IMG/VR virus record: IMGVR_UViG_3300000101_000005 | DNA length: 64,000 nucleotides | Source: a virus | Lineage: Duplodnaviria; Caudoviricetes | Reading direction: 5' to 3' (one strand) | Shown: piece by piece, positions 1 to 9,876 of the stretch | How the letters are laid out: each line of letters starts with the position of its first letter | How positions within the stretch are numbered: the first letter of the stretch is position 1 | Made by a program: the position numbers and the translations under genes | Notes under the pieces: model-generated | What the model was told of the DNA's origin: nothing | What the model saw: only the letters and a program-made list of their open reading frames with translations | The model's database searches: none

Positions 1-735
1 ACAACAAATGCAACAGCGATGAAATATGGATGGCGATGGAATATTAATTTGCAGCATAGATCAGGTAACGGTTACATTTACGATAACAACTACATCACAG
101 CAGATCAAGCATTAGAAGAAGCAAGGAGTGTATGTGGGGAACATATTGAACCTATTGCTTCGTTTACATATACACCCGAAGTAGCAGAAGAAAGCTGGAA
201 TAACAATGTTATAGCAATTGGTCTTAGTAGTGGATTTTTAGAACCATTAGAAGCAAACGGTATTGCAATCATTTGTGAAAGTTTATTTGCGTTACAAGAC
301 TTATGGGATCCTACTAGAGGGCGTCACACTGTACAGCAAGAACGATTTAATGACAGAGTATCAGTTGTTTATGATGATATTAAAGATTTTATTGCTTTGC
401 ATTTTAGAGGAAAAAGAAGCGATACAGATTTTTGGCTAAGCCATATGCACGATCAAGAACGTATTCCAGAATCTTTAAGACAAAAATTAAAACATTGGGA
501 ATCGTTCTTTTATGGACATTCACCGGTTGAGCCAGTATTTAACGGTTATTCACCAACTGCCTGGATGCAGGTTGTTCAAGGATTAGACATATTTCCTAGT
601 ACATACTTTACCCAAACATTTGAAGATAAACTAGATATTGGTAAAAACGTGCTAAATACTAATGTAAAACGCTACAAAGAACTTGTGGCTCCATTCTGGA
701 CTATCGATGAATGGATTAAGAATATTGATAAATAA
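1..735 (+). CDS. Tryptophan-halogenase-like flavin-dependent enzyme, C-terminal part (5' end lies outside the window)
   Basis: The frame is open from position 1. It carries WRWNIN (variant of the WxWxIP halogenase motif), GNGYIY, IGLSSGFLEPLEANG and DFIALHF..RSDTDFW, all matching PrnA-family C-terminal motifs. Confidence 0.85.
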   Translation, partial: TTNATAMKYGWRWNINLQHRSGNGYIYDNNYITADQALEEARSVCGEHIEPIASFTYTPEVAEESWNNNVIAIGLSSGFLEPLEANGIAIICESLFALQDLWDPTRGRHTVQQERFNDRVSVVYDDIKDFIALHFRGKRSDTDFWLSHMHDQERIPESLRQKLKHWESFFYGHSPVEPVFNGYSPTAWMQVVQGLDIFPSTYFTQTFEDKLDIGKNVLNTNVKRYKELVAPFWTIDEWIKNIDK

Positions 736-755
736 AGATATAGGAGTTATACAAT

Positions 756-914
756 ATGGCAACTTACAAAATGATTATAAGAAAGGAAATAGGTAAAGCA
801 CCTATTACCTCGGACACTTGTGAAGCAAAAAACAAAGAAGAAGCATCAAAAATCTTTGAAGAGCGTCACACACCGAAGAAAATCGTTGCAGGCCCAACTA
901 AAGTCAGCGACTAA
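756..914 (+). CDS. Small hypothetical protein, 52 aa (MATYKMIIRKEIGKAPITSDTCEAKNKEEASKIFEERHTPKKIVAGPTKVSD); absent from the ORF track
   Basis: ATG at 756 and TAA at 912-914, SD TAGGAG at 741-746, and a TAAATA motif at 729-734. Confidence 0.7.
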   Translation: MATYKMIIRKEIGKAPITSDTCEAKNKEEASKIFEERHTPKKIVAGPTKVSD

Positions 915-1541
915 TTAACGCTTAAATCCAAGCACATCTTTAACGTTCTGCACTTCGTCTTTTATCTCTTGACGAACAAACTCTGCAGGAAGGCCTAGTG
1001 CAAGTTTAGTATCCCACTTTAAATGAGAATAAGGTCCATCAGCTTCCACATACTGTAGGAAAGCCTGTACTATCTTATTACCCTCGTATGGGTTTCGCCA
1101 GTGTTCGTGTCTACGTCCACTGTATATAACAATGTCACCAACATCTAAATTAATTTCGTGTTCAACACCATCTTCATTTTTGATGTATATTGGCCAATTG
1201 TATTCTGGTTCTTTTGATATTGCAACCGACACTGATACTTCAGAACTAGGTCTGTCAAAGTGTTTTTTAAGTTGCGAACCTTTATAATATATTCTAGCAT
1301 AAGAGTAAACTGGTACTAACTCACTTCCCCATTCTTTTGCAACCAAAGGATTTAGTTTTACCATTAATGCTTCAAACATCAAGGGAGCGTATCTCGCAAA
1401 AGTTTTTTCTTCTAGGTCAGATAAGTCAGCACCAGAGTACAATACTTTACAAACTTCTTCCATCATTTCGTACTCTAATGCAAGAAATTCGCAGAGTTCT
1501 GTTGATACTGCGCTTCGTATAATTTTGTAATCTTCTATCAT
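915..1541 (-). CDS. 2OG-Fe(II) oxygenase superfamily protein
   Basis: YARIY..G..LKKHFDRPS (HxD), GDIVIYSG..HEHWR (distal His and Arg). Confidence 0.8.
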   Translation of the reverse strand: MIEDYKIIRSAVSTELCEFLALEYEMMEEVCKVLYSGADLSDLEEKTFARYAPLMFEALMVKLNPLVAKEWGSELVPVYSYARIYYKGSQLKKHFDRPSSEVSVSVAISKEPEYNWPIYIKNEDGVEHEINLDVGDIVIYSGRRHEHWRNPYEGNKIVQAFLQYVEADGPYSHLKWDTKLALGLPAEFVRQEIKDEVQNVKDVLGFKR

Positions 1542-2095
1542 AGCAGTGGCATTAATCCCATATTGCCAAATGGTCTTTCTTCATAGTGTCTAATTAAAGG
1601 ACTGTTTGGTATTGTGTGTACATCAAAACCTATTGTTGTTCTATAACCTTCATATGGTTCTAGTACTTTAACTTCGTGTTCAGCATGTCCTGGTCCAAAA
1701 TATATTTGTCCTGGCTTATTATCAATGGTCCAATTATCAAATATAGTTTGTGTATTTTTAGGATCAATACTAATATATCCATGCCAATCAAAATCATGTC
1801 CGTGCCTTGTTAAACATTCGTCTGGTCTATGATAGTTTAACCATGCTTGTATCCATAGAGGTCTATCCTCACCTAAGTTACTTCTTACAAATGTTCCAAG
1901 CTCTTTATATATGTCATAAAAAATAGTGCTAGGTGCAGTTAGTGCAAATACATTATACAGATTGTAAGACCAGGTGCTTTCATCTTTATCAGGAAATATT
2001 TTCTTAAAAAGAGCATGTGCGTTATCTAAATGATCAGATATCTGAGTCTTATTTTCAATTATATGTTGACTCTGGTGTATGTAGTATTCGCTCAT
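1538..2095 (-). CDS. 2OG-Fe(II) oxygenase-like protein
   Basis: WLNYH..ECLTRHGHDFDWHGYI, GQIYFGPGHAEHEV; 4-nt overlap coupling with its neighbours. Confidence 0.65.
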   Translation of the reverse strand: MSEYYIHQSQHIIENKTQISDHLDNAHALFKKIFPDKDESTWSYNLYNVFALTAPSTIFYDIYKELGTFVRSNLGEDRPLWIQAWLNYHRPDECLTRHGHDFDWHGYISIDPKNTQTIFDNWTIDNKPGQIYFGPGHAEHEVKVLEPYEGYRTTIGFDVHTIPNSPLIRHYEERPFGNMGLMPLL

Positions 2096-2703
2096 CCTAG
2101 TTGAACCCTATCTAAATTCATGTTAATAACAGCTCTATAGGGTGAATCTTTGCAGAAACTACTTGAATGATAATACTTGCCTGGAAATATAACTACTCTA
2201 CCTTGCTTAGGTTCAATGCGTTGTTTGATTGTAAAATCATTTGATTGAATACGCATAATATCATCTTTACCTGCATCGTAGTCATCGTTTGTTTCATTAA
2301 AGATAACTGTGTCACCATCAGAATCATTAACATAATAAATTGCATTCCAATGCTCAAAGAAGCTGTCTATGTGCGGCATATGGTGGTCTAACGTGCTTGT
2401 TTTATTAGGTAGGGTCAAGTTAGCTCTCATGCGTATTAACCTGTTATACGGCGTCTTAGACGCACTAGTAATGCTTAAAACAAGAGGATATATAAAATTA
2501 AAGTGTTGACTTACTGCTTGTTGTTTTTCGTAAAAGAAGTGATTAAATCCTGCATGATTACTTTCACCTTGAAGTTCTGCATCTGGTGATACCATTGTTT
2601 GGTTAAACACCCAACCAAACTCCCATCCTGTCATTAAACTTTTAATGTGTTCAGAATAATCTTTTGGAATAACATTGTCAATTACTATAATATCGTTGTT
2701 CAT
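2092..2703 (-). CDS. 2OG-Fe(II) oxygenase
   Basis: RMRANL, PHID (HxD), AIYYVNDSDGDTVIF, PKQGRVVIFPGKYYHSSS, RAVINMN. Confidence 0.85.
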   Translation of the reverse strand: MNNDIIVIDNVIPKDYSEHIKSLMTGWEFGWVFNQTMVSPDAELQGESNHAGFNHFFYEKQQAVSQHFNFIYPLVLSITSASKTPYNRLIRMRANLTLPNKTSTLDHHMPHIDSFFEHWNAIYYVNDSDGDTVIFNETNDDYDAGKDDIMRIQSNDFTIKQRIEPKQGRVVIFPGKYYHSSSFCKDSPYRAVINMNLDRVQLG

Positions 2704-3209
2704 CCTGGATACCTTTGTACTGCTGTGCCATAAAATGTTAGCATCAATGTGTTGTCTGCAAAGTTTGATATTTTATAAGGTACTTGAGGGTTCCAAAGTA
2801 CACATCTATTAAACATATTTTCTATTGACATTGTTTCTATCTGTGTTCTACTATCATAAAATTTAATTCCACTATCAGGGATTAAATTTTCTTTTGTTAA
2901 AAATATAGTTCCTGCAATATTGTAAGATCCTATCATTTTAATTTGATCAACACATTCGCTGCCTATGTTTTGATATTCGGAATGTAAAAATGTAAACTGG
3001 TCTTTTCCAACCACATGCTGAATTAACTTTCCAAGAAGTTTTTCAAACATGTCATGATTAATCACATCTAAACTATTTGAACGTGTACCTAAAAACAACG
3101 AATTATCCTGGTCAACATAGTCTTGCTTATTAGCATGATTAACTACTAGTTGAGGGTTTTCAAAAAAGTTATCAATAACTTTTATAGGTTGTGTAATATT
3201 TCTAATCAT
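2700..3209 (-). CDS. Degenerate 2OG-Fe(II) oxygenase-fold paralogue lacking the metal ligands
   Basis: Aligns with the 3206-3916 product (VIDNFF, NIAGTIFL, NRCVLW) but has no HxD or distal His. The start is moved to ATG 3209, which has SD GAGGG and an ATGA overlap with the upstream stop. Confidence 0.65.
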   Translation of the reverse strand: MIRNITQPIKVIDNFFENPQLVVNHANKQDYVDQDNSLFLGTRSNSLDVINHDMFEKLLGKLIQHVVGKDQFTFLHSEYQNIGSECVDQIKMIGSYNIAGTIFLTKENLIPDSGIKFYDSRTQIETMSIENMFNRCVLWNPQVPYKISNFADNTLMLTFYGTAVQRYPG

Positions 3210-3916
3210 GCTACCCTCGCAAAAAATACCTGTGTTAATCTCGAGTCTTCGAGTGTAGTACCGTAGAAATTTTCTGGACTGTGCCAATTCCTTGTATCAA
3301 ATATAATACAACGATTGTATACACTTTCCATAGTTATTGTTTTTTTAAATTCTGCTACTTGCTGGTTTCTTATTTTATCAAACTTTTCTTTTTGTTCTAC
3401 TTCCACATCAAGAACATCTTCCATAAATGTTTGAGAGTATTTGCTACCATCAAATGTATCATTATCTTCGTAAATAGTGGTACCTGTACCGTTAAACGGT
3501 TCTTTGTTTAGATAAATTACCCCAGCAATATTTAATTTAGGATCATCGTCGTGTACCCATCCACGAGTGTACGATCCGGGTGTAGAATGAAATGCTGATT
3601 GAAATTCATCAAACTCTGTATAACCATAATCATTAAGATATACCATTAACTTTTTTCCAAGTATTTCTAATGTTTCTCTATCAAATTCATGAAGTAACTT
3701 AGTTCTTATTCCAGGCCAGCTACCTCTATTACCTTTAAAAAACTCTAAACCTAGTGCATAATCACGAACAAGGTCGGGCTCGTCATAGAAATTATCAATC
3801 ACCATAGTTGGAAGGTATGGATACTTAAATCTATCTTTAAGATTATGTGATTGAATACTAGACATTGATTGCTTGTCTTGCTCTATTAATTCGTTAATAT
3901 AATCTTGATCAGCCAT
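3206..3916 (-). CDS. 2OG-Fe(II) oxygenase (phage DUF6445-like)
   Basis: VIDNFYDEPD, WPGIRT, GWVHDD (HxD), AGVIYLN, YNRCIIFD..WHS, RLTQVFF. Confidence 0.8.
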   Translation of the reverse strand: MADQDYINELIEQDKQSMSSIQSHNLKDRFKYPYLPTMVIDNFYDEPDLVRDYALGLEFFKGNRGSWPGIRTKLLHEFDRETLEILGKKLMVYLNDYGYTEFDEFQSAFHSTPGSYTRGWVHDDDPKLNIAGVIYLNKEPFNGTGTTIYEDNDTFDGSKYSQTFMEDVLDVEVEQKEKFDKIRNQQVAEFKKTITMESVYNRCIIFDTRNWHSPENFYGTTLEDSRLTQVFFARVA

Positions 3917-4490
3917 CAATTTTCCTTGCTGTAAAATTCATAGTCATTACAATCCTTTTTGTAAACACTTTAGGACATGTACTTGCATGATAATGCCTTC
4001 CGTTGAATACTAATACTTTGCCTTGTTGTGGCATACTTTTGTGCATAGGTCTGTATTTTTCTGATTCTTCTGTTTCGTGAAACACAATAGTTTCACCATC
4101 ACACTCATTAACATAGTAACACGCAGTATAATGATCTACATTAAAATCTACATGTGGTGTATTGTGTTGATACCTTACATGTGGCATCATATATTTTGTG
4201 TTAAGCAAAAATCCTAGTCGCATACGTAACACTTGATCTAGTTCTAATCCTGCTTTTGCACAAGTATTTTGTAGCAAGGGAGTAAAAAATTCTAATCCTG
4301 GATTTTCTTTATTGTCAGGATGATACACTAAATTTGCAAAACTAGGGGTAGAGGTATTAATATGATCCTTCTTTTCAAATGTTGTATCTTCCATAAAATG
4401 CCAATCAAAAGTTATGTCAGTTACTACATCAAATATTTGTTTCTGATAATCATGTTCGATTACATTTTCTATTTCAATTGGGTTAAACAT
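3909..4490 (-). CDS. 2OG-Fe(II) oxygenase, paralogue of 2092-2703
   Basis: RMRLG, PHVD, CYYVNECDGETIVF, PQQGKVLVFNGRHYHAS, RIVMTMN. Confidence 0.85.
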   Translation of the reverse strand: MFNPIEIENVIEHDYQKQIFDVVTDITFDWHFMEDTTFEKKDHINTSTPSFANLVYHPDNKENPGLEFFTPLLQNTCAKAGLELDQVLRMRLGFLLNTKYMMPHVRYQHNTPHVDFNVDHYTACYYVNECDGETIVFHETEESEKYRPMHKSMPQQGKVLVFNGRHYHASTCPKVFTKRIVMTMNFTARKIDG

Positions 4491-5202
4491 TGTTGATCCT
4501 ATAATAATTTCTATCTACTGCATTTTCCATTGCCTCTGTTGGTAGTTTCTGCCAACACGGAATACTCAGAGATATTCGTTTGCCTTTAGGATACGCACAA
4601 TGATATTGCCTTGATGGAATATATAATGCATCTCCTGGTTCTAATTCTACGTCAATATCTACTTCCATATCCTTGTCATGTAACTTACCATTCATTAACC
4701 CTGTTCTGTGCATGTAAGAAATTTTATTCTTATACACTTTCCATCTAGTTTTTCCTTCTGCTTGAATAATAAAATTACAAGGATAATCATCATGTATTGT
4801 AAAAGACTTAGAATCTTTTAGGCCACAATACACATGTATTGCAGCGTGTACACTAAACATATTTTCAAATACGTTTAGAAAATCCATTGTTTTTTGATTA
4901 TGAAATCCGTAATCTAAACAGATTAATCCATAACCAGCATTTACTTTATCAAATATAAAACCTTTATCTTGTACACCTCTGTCATAAATCCAATTTTTTC
5001 TACTTACAGGTATTTCAATTTTGCTGTTGTCTAGACTTATAAGTTCAAAGTTATAGCGTTCTGTTTTGTTTGTGTGCTGCTCAATGTCTTGCCATGTGAC
5101 TAGTTCACTAGGATCGTCAATCAACTTCTTAAAGAAGTGTGGCTTATCGTCAAACGCTAAGTTTGTTTCGTTAAGTATTCTTCGACTGAAGTCGTTCATC
5201 AT
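4483..5202 (-). CDS. JmjC/cupin-4-like (ROX-type) protein hydroxylase
   Basis: SFTIHDD..NFIIQAEGKTRWKVY, LEPGDALYIPSRQYHCA, ISLSI: the JmjC signature. Confidence 0.8.
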   Translation of the reverse strand: MMNDFSRRILNETNLAFDDKPHFFKKLIDDPSELVTWQDIEQHTNKTERYNFELISLDNSKIEIPVSRKNWIYDRGVQDKGFIFDKVNAGYGLICLDYGFHNQKTMDFLNVFENMFSVHAAIHVYCGLKDSKSFTIHDDYPCNFIIQAEGKTRWKVYKNKISYMHRTGLMNGKLHDKDMEVDIDVELEPGDALYIPSRQYHCAYPKGKRISLSIPCWQKLPTEAMENAVDRNYYRINNV

Positions 5203-5797
5203 CTGTCCTCACTAACTTAACATTAAAAGATACACTTACTCTATCTTCTTCTGTTTTATTTCTATCAACACCGTGTGGTAACCATCCAGGAAACAATATT
5301 AGTTTACTTGACATTGGTTCAAATGCAATACAAGATGCACTAATTGGAGTATAACTCTGCATTGGTGCTGCTGATGCAATAATAAAGTCTTGCATATGGT
5401 TTTTATAAACATTAATGTTACCCTGCTCGGGTCTTGCACTTACATAATATACACCAGATATAAAAGCGTTATCATGTATATGTACTGAATTTGTGTTGCC
5501 TTGCTTATTAATATTAAACCAAAAGTTTTCCATTAAAGGTGTACAATAGTCTTCATGGTATCCGTAATCACGTATGCAATTATCAACCTGATCCATAATC
5601 ATATCATGTAACGGTTTCATTTCAGCATATGTATCAGGTCTAAAATCTTTTGACTGCCAGCCTCCTTGATTACTTAACTTTCTTCCATCATCATCATCTT
5701 TGTGTAGTTGATAACAAAGTTTTAGCATATCGGTATTATCTAATTGCGTTTGCTCCCACCATACTGGAGTAGGAAAGTATAAATCCATTTGCATCAT
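5171..5797 (-). CDS. 2OG-Fe(II) oxygenase (TIGR02466-like)
   Basis: LYFPTPVW, SNQGGWQS, WFNIN..GNTNSVHIH..ISGVYYV, LILFPGWLPHGV, RVSVSFN. Confidence 0.85.
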   Translation of the reverse strand: MMQMDLYFPTPVWWEQTQLDNTDMLKLCYQLHKDDDDGRKLSNQGGWQSKDFRPDTYAEMKPLHDMIMDQVDNCIRDYGYHEDYCTPLMENFWFNINKQGNTNSVHIHDNAFISGVYYVSARPEQGNINVYKNHMQDFIIASAAPMQSYTPISASCIAFEPMSSKLILFPGWLPHGVDRNKTEEDRVSVSFNVKLVRTDDERLQSKNT

Positions 5798-6600
5798 GAT
5801 ACGGTCCTCAAATCGCCCATTGTAACTTCTGGTGGAAAATCATCTGAAAATGCAAATGTATGGCTCCATCTAAAATCTACACTAGGAGAAACAATTGCAG
5901 CATGACTGATGTCTGCTTTGTACATAGTCATTTTTCCTTCAGTAGATGGTGCAGCACCCATACATTCAAATCCCCATTTACTTAATTCATCGTCTGTCAT
6001 ATTAAACCATGCATCAGAACGTTTAGGTGACTGCGCTAATTCTCTCCATGATTCAAACAAAGGATGTTTTGTATCAAGCTGAAAATCGTATACACAGTTT
6101 TTTACTTCTCCATGATACTTGTATAATTTTGTATTTGAATCCTCAATTGAATGATTAGTAAACCATAAATTAGCAACCAACCCTTTAGGATAATCTACAT
6201 GCGGAAGTCTATAACAAGTAATTGGTTTTGCTCTGTCTTTAAAATAAATATTGCCCCATTCGTGTATTTGAGGATCATACATATTCTCTTCAACGTTTTT
6301 AAGATAAAAATCTCTAATTAAAAAACAAATGTTTTTGTATACCCAGTCTGGTAAGTGTACAGTGTCAAACGGATTAGGATCCATGTTGCCTTCTGCACTG
6401 TTATCTTTAACAATAGGAAAACATTTTACTAAGTTTTTAAATATTTCAAAACCGTCATTATAAAACGGATTGTCTGCAATCCAATACCCAATACCTTGAC
6501 CTAAGTCAACATATTCTGTAGCAAAGTCATCTAGTGACTTTACTTTTAACACTTTATCTATAGTGTTTGCATCAGGGTAACAAATCTTAAAATCCATCAT
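5794..6600 (-). CDS. 2OG-Fe(II) oxygenase-like protein
   Basis: IADNPF, RLPHVD (HxD), ANLWFT, TKLYKY, MYKADISHAA. Confidence 0.65.
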   Translation of the reverse strand: MMDFKICYPDANTIDKVLKVKSLDDFATEYVDLGQGIGYWIADNPFYNDGFEIFKNLVKCFPIVKDNSAEGNMDPNPFDTVHLPDWVYKNICFLIRDFYLKNVEENMYDPQIHEWGNIYFKDRAKPITCYRLPHVDYPKGLVANLWFTNHSIEDSNTKLYKYHGEVKNCVYDFQLDTKHPLFESWRELAQSPKRSDAWFNMTDDELSKWGFECMGAAPSTEGKMTMYKADISHAAIVSPSVDFRWSHTFAFSDDFPPEVTMGDLRTVS

Positions 6601-7187
6601 TTAATATTAATTGTCATTACAATTCTTTCTTTGTCTGTATTGTTAGGTGTAGTAAAATGTTTAAGCCACCCTGGAAAGATAATAACATCTCCTGTTTTAC
6701 ATTCTACTTCACGTAGTGTTTGTGTTTCATTAACTATCGGAAAGCTGCACATCTGATACTCTAACGGATTTCTAAATACAATATTTCCACTGTCAGGTGG
6801 ACATTTTAGGTAGCAACTAGCAACGAATGTGCAATAGTTATGATGGTGTTCTTCAGTATAACCAGATCTATAATGCCTATTAAACCACGATCCCGTTACT
6901 TCTGAATGTCGGTTATAAAAATTTAATTCTTCTTTGATGACTGTTAGTTTATGACCTAACCATTCTTGAAATTCAGCAAGTTCTTGCCACGTGTGTGGAC
7001 TTTGCCATTCGGGGTTTGCTACAGTTGATATAGCGTTGCCTTTTTCTAGAGCCGAGTTATGCTTAACAACATTAAAAACTTCGTCAATAGGTTTTTGTAA
7101 TATGTCTAAAGGAAAGTCGTAAGTATACTTCCATACATAAGGCGAAAAGAGATGAACTCCTCCATCATTATTCTGACTGCTTACCAT
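6597..7187 (-). CDS. 2OG-Fe(II) oxygenase (TIGR02466-like)
   Basis: SWFNRHYRSGYTEEHHH, ASCYLKCPPDSGNIVF.NP, GDVIIFPGWLKHFT, RIVMTIN. Start placed at ATG 7187 after SD GAGGAAG. Confidence 0.85.
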   Translation of the reverse strand: MVSSQNNDGGVHLFSPYVWKYTYDFPLDILQKPIDEVFNVVKHNSALEKGNAISTVANPEWQSPHTWQELAEFQEWLGHKLTVIKEELNFYNRHSEVTGSWFNRHYRSGYTEEHHHNYCTFVASCYLKCPPDSGNIVFRNPLEYQMCSFPIVNETQTLREVECKTGDVIIFPGWLKHFTTPNNTDKERIVMTINIK

Positions 7188-7434
7188 GCTCTTCCTCATA
7201 GGTCTCTAAAGCTAAATCTAAACCCATAAGTGTTCCTTCCATTTTTAGTGTATCCATAGAAAGTTCTTGGCGTTTTGCAAAGTCAATAGAAGTAATACCG
7301 TAAGGATTAAGTTTTAGATCTGCAAACTCTGCTTCTAACTTTTTAAGTTCGGCATTTTGTGTTTCGAGGTCAGCTGTTAATTTTATCTTAACAGCAGTAA
7401 GTTTTTTAATATAATTGTTTTCCATATTTGTCAT
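7168..7434 (-). CDS. Small coiled-coil hypothetical protein
   Basis: 88-aa ORF with a Leu heptad pattern; ATGA-coupled to the upstream gene. Confidence 0.6.
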   Translation of the reverse strand: MTNMENNYIKKLTAVKIKLTADLETQNAELKKLEAEFADLKLNPYGITSIDFAKRQELSMDTLKMEGTLMGLDLALETYEEEHGKQSE

Positions 7435-8222
7435 CCTTTGTGTTTATACTTATTTAGAATCTTAGAGGATCTCTGTAATCTTGAACCTAAATGATCATCC
7501 TCTAATATTACGCAATTAGCTGCATAATTATAAGCAGCTTCTCGTCTATGATCAGTTTCAGTTGACTCATCAATTATAGCATCATATGAACTATAAAGCA
7601 AGTCCTGTCTTTTTACAGGAATATACTGTGCTAATGGGGTTCCTGCACGGACCAGCGTTTCACCGTCAAGTAATTTCCAAAACAGTTGAACATTTATTAC
7701 ATGCGACTGTGTAGGATCTAGTATTCCGTGTGCTGCTGTAAACCTCGATTCATTGTTATATGTTACCGGCAATTGCAGTAGCAACATATCATCGGAAGCT
7801 TCAATTCTCCATGGAGTTTCAATTTTAATTGTAGTGTGTAATGTGTCTGAAGGATCATCTAATATTGGCATTGTTTGAGACTTGTCATGCGATGCAACAT
7901 AAGATTCTGTATTTGGTAAACCTTTACCAAATTGCATTGGTTCAGCCCATTCAAAAGATGCTCCGTCACCATTTGTTTTAATTTTAAAATCAGCAGGTGC
8001 AGTAATAATCCAACCTGTATTTGCAATCTTTCGTATGCCTGGACATTTAGATACAGGACTAACTCCTGGAGGTGGTACATTTTTAGTAAACGATCTTACT
8101 ATTGACAGTGCTTTTACAGGAGGGAATAAATCCTTTACACCCGGGTATACACTATAAAAACGAATATAAGACTTCTTTTTTTTAAAAAAGTTCTTTATAT
8201 TCTTAATCAAGTTTATGGTCAT
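7431..8222 (-). CDS. Conserved phage hypothetical protein (possible dUTPase-like beta fold)
   Basis: KCPGI...TGWIITAPADF, KIETPWRI, AAHGILD, AGTPLAQYIP resemble a family that often sits beside phage oxygenases. The fold call is inference. Confidence 0.5.
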   Translation of the reverse strand: MTINLIKNIKNFFKKKKSYIRFYSVYPGVKDLFPPVKALSIVRSFTKNVPPPGVSPVSKCPGIRKIANTGWIITAPADFKIKTNGDGASFEWAEPMQFGKGLPNTESYVASHDKSQTMPILDDPSDTLHTTIKIETPWRIEASDDMLLLQLPVTYNNESRFTAAHGILDPTQSHVINVQLFWKLLDGETLVRAGTPLAQYIPVKRQDLLYSSYDAIIDESTETDHRREAAYNYAANCVILEDDHLGSRLQRSSKILNKYKHKG

Positions 8223-9819
8223 CCACACCACCATATATATTATCTAGCAGGTATTGATAATGCGTCGGAAGATCTTTAATGTGATCTATAAGAAAGTTTT
8301 TATATTGCTTATACATTCTATCAACAGCACCTACTTCTTCCTCAAGCATTGCTTGTTCGTGATCATATTTGTATAATAGTGAAGGAGTTCCTGTTGGACG
8401 TAGCCCCATACCTGCTGCAATAAAGTTATGCCCAACTAGATCAGCAGTATAACTATGCGCTCCAGCTAAGTTTCCAAACAGATTAGGCCACTGACCTTGT
8501 TTTTGCATTTCGTCGGCATGCATACTCGGGTCGAATTCGTTAAGCTCACTGCACCAGCGCCAGTATGGAGTGTCTTCACGCATTGACATTGCATAGTGTG
8601 CTGCAACAAAGTCTCTAAACTTATTAACATCATATTCAGCCGAGAAGTTAAATCCTTCTCTTTCACTGCCTGTTACAAAACCTTCTCTACGATTCAGAGT
8701 ATCAACTAGTTTAATAATATTTTCGTGTGTTGTTAGTAGTCCTGTTGATTCTAAAGGCTCAACAAATCCGTAACTAAGTCCTACACCTACAACATTACCT
8801 TTCCATGCTCTATGCCTACGACCATGTCTAATCTTAACTTCAAACATTTCTGCCGCTTTAGCAATTTCTGGTGTATGTGTTTCTGCAATATGTTTTCTAA
8901 ACTCTTCTTTCGCTGCTTCAGGTGTTGTAAATCTTGTTGAGTAAACATATCCTGTGCCAATTCTATTCCATAAAGGAATGTTCCAAACCCAGCCGTTACC
9001 AAGTGCAAAGCAATCGGTTACATTGTGCATTTGTTTTTCTCTATCAGTATAAGGAAGTCTACACGCCCAAGCAGCGTCATTTGCTAATGTACCTTCAAAT
9101 GATCTAAAGTGCGATCCCATCCATTGTTCTAATAGTACTGAAGCAAATCCTGTACAATCAATGTACAAATCGCTGTTTAGAATAGTTCCGTCATGGCATA
9201 AAACTTGAGTAATATAATTATTAGTAGGATCTTTCATATGTGAATGAACTTCACCGTATATATGTTTTACACCTAATGGAATTGCAATGTTGTCTTTGAG
9301 ATATTGACCAAACAACTGTGCATCCATATGATAAGCAGTATCTAATTGCCAATTAAAGTTTCTTAGTACACCTTTTTCATTTTTAGTTTCTTTGTTATAC
9401 TCTGCTAGTAGTGTATTACCTGTACAAAAGAATCTAGCATATTCTTCAGGACCATAATCTTCAGGCCTCATTGCAGCTAAGTGCTTCCAATTATCTTCGC
9501 CTGATGGCTTATCAGTAAGATCAAGTCCGTTACTAAAAGGATACTGAAATACTTCACCTTTATTTTCTCTAAAGTTTGTAAACTGAATTGAATTTTTATA
9601 TGTAGCATTACACGCTGCCATCCAATCTTCATCTTTAAGATCAAGTAACTGCATGAATCTATTAATATGCCCAAGTGTACTTTCACCAACACCAACCGTT
9701 CCAATTGATTTGGATTCGATCAATGTTACTTCTAAATGTGGGCAACATTTAGCTAGTGCTGCTGCTGTCATCCAACCAGACGACCCACCGCCTACAATTG
9801 TTACTGTTTTATATCTCAT
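8203..9819 (-). CDS. Tryptophan-halogenase-like flavin-dependent enzyme
   Basis: IVGGGSSGW (GxGxxG), VGVGEST, ATYKNSIQF (catalytic-Lys position), AYHMDA, DLYIDCTGF, GWVWNIPL, GFVEPLESTG. Confidence 0.92.
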   Translation of the reverse strand: MRYKTVTIVGGGSSGWMTAAALAKCCPHLEVTLIESKSIGTVGVGESTLGHINRFMQLLDLKDEDWMAACNATYKNSIQFTNFRENKGEVFQYPFSNGLDLTDKPSGEDNWKHLAAMRPEDYGPEEYARFFCTGNTLLAEYNKETKNEKGVLRNFNWQLDTAYHMDAQLFGQYLKDNIAIPLGVKHIYGEVHSHMKDPTNNYITQVLCHDGTILNSDLYIDCTGFASVLLEQWMGSHFRSFEGTLANDAAWACRLPYTDREKQMHNVTDCFALGNGWVWNIPLWNRIGTGYVYSTRFTTPEAAKEEFRKHIAETHTPEIAKAAEMFEVKIRHGRRHRAWKGNVVGVGLSYGFVEPLESTGLLTTHENIIKLVDTLNRREGFVTGSEREGFNFSAEYDVNKFRDFVAAHYAMSMREDTPYWRWCSELNEFDPSMHADEMQKQGQWPNLFGNLAGAHSYTADLVGHNFIAAGMGLRPTGTPSLLYKYDHEQAMLEEEVGAVDRMYKQYKNFLIDHIKDLPTHYQYLLDNIYGGVDDHKLD

Positions 9820-9876
9820 TTTTAATCCTTTGGTAATATATACTACTATTATTTATCTGCATACATAGAGCCATCA

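Noticed and set aside
3210-3287. ORF-track N-terminal extensions (3287, 3919, 7199, 8234)
   Set aside because: Downstream ATGs have better SD sequences or stop-start coupling, and the extensions overlap upstream genes.
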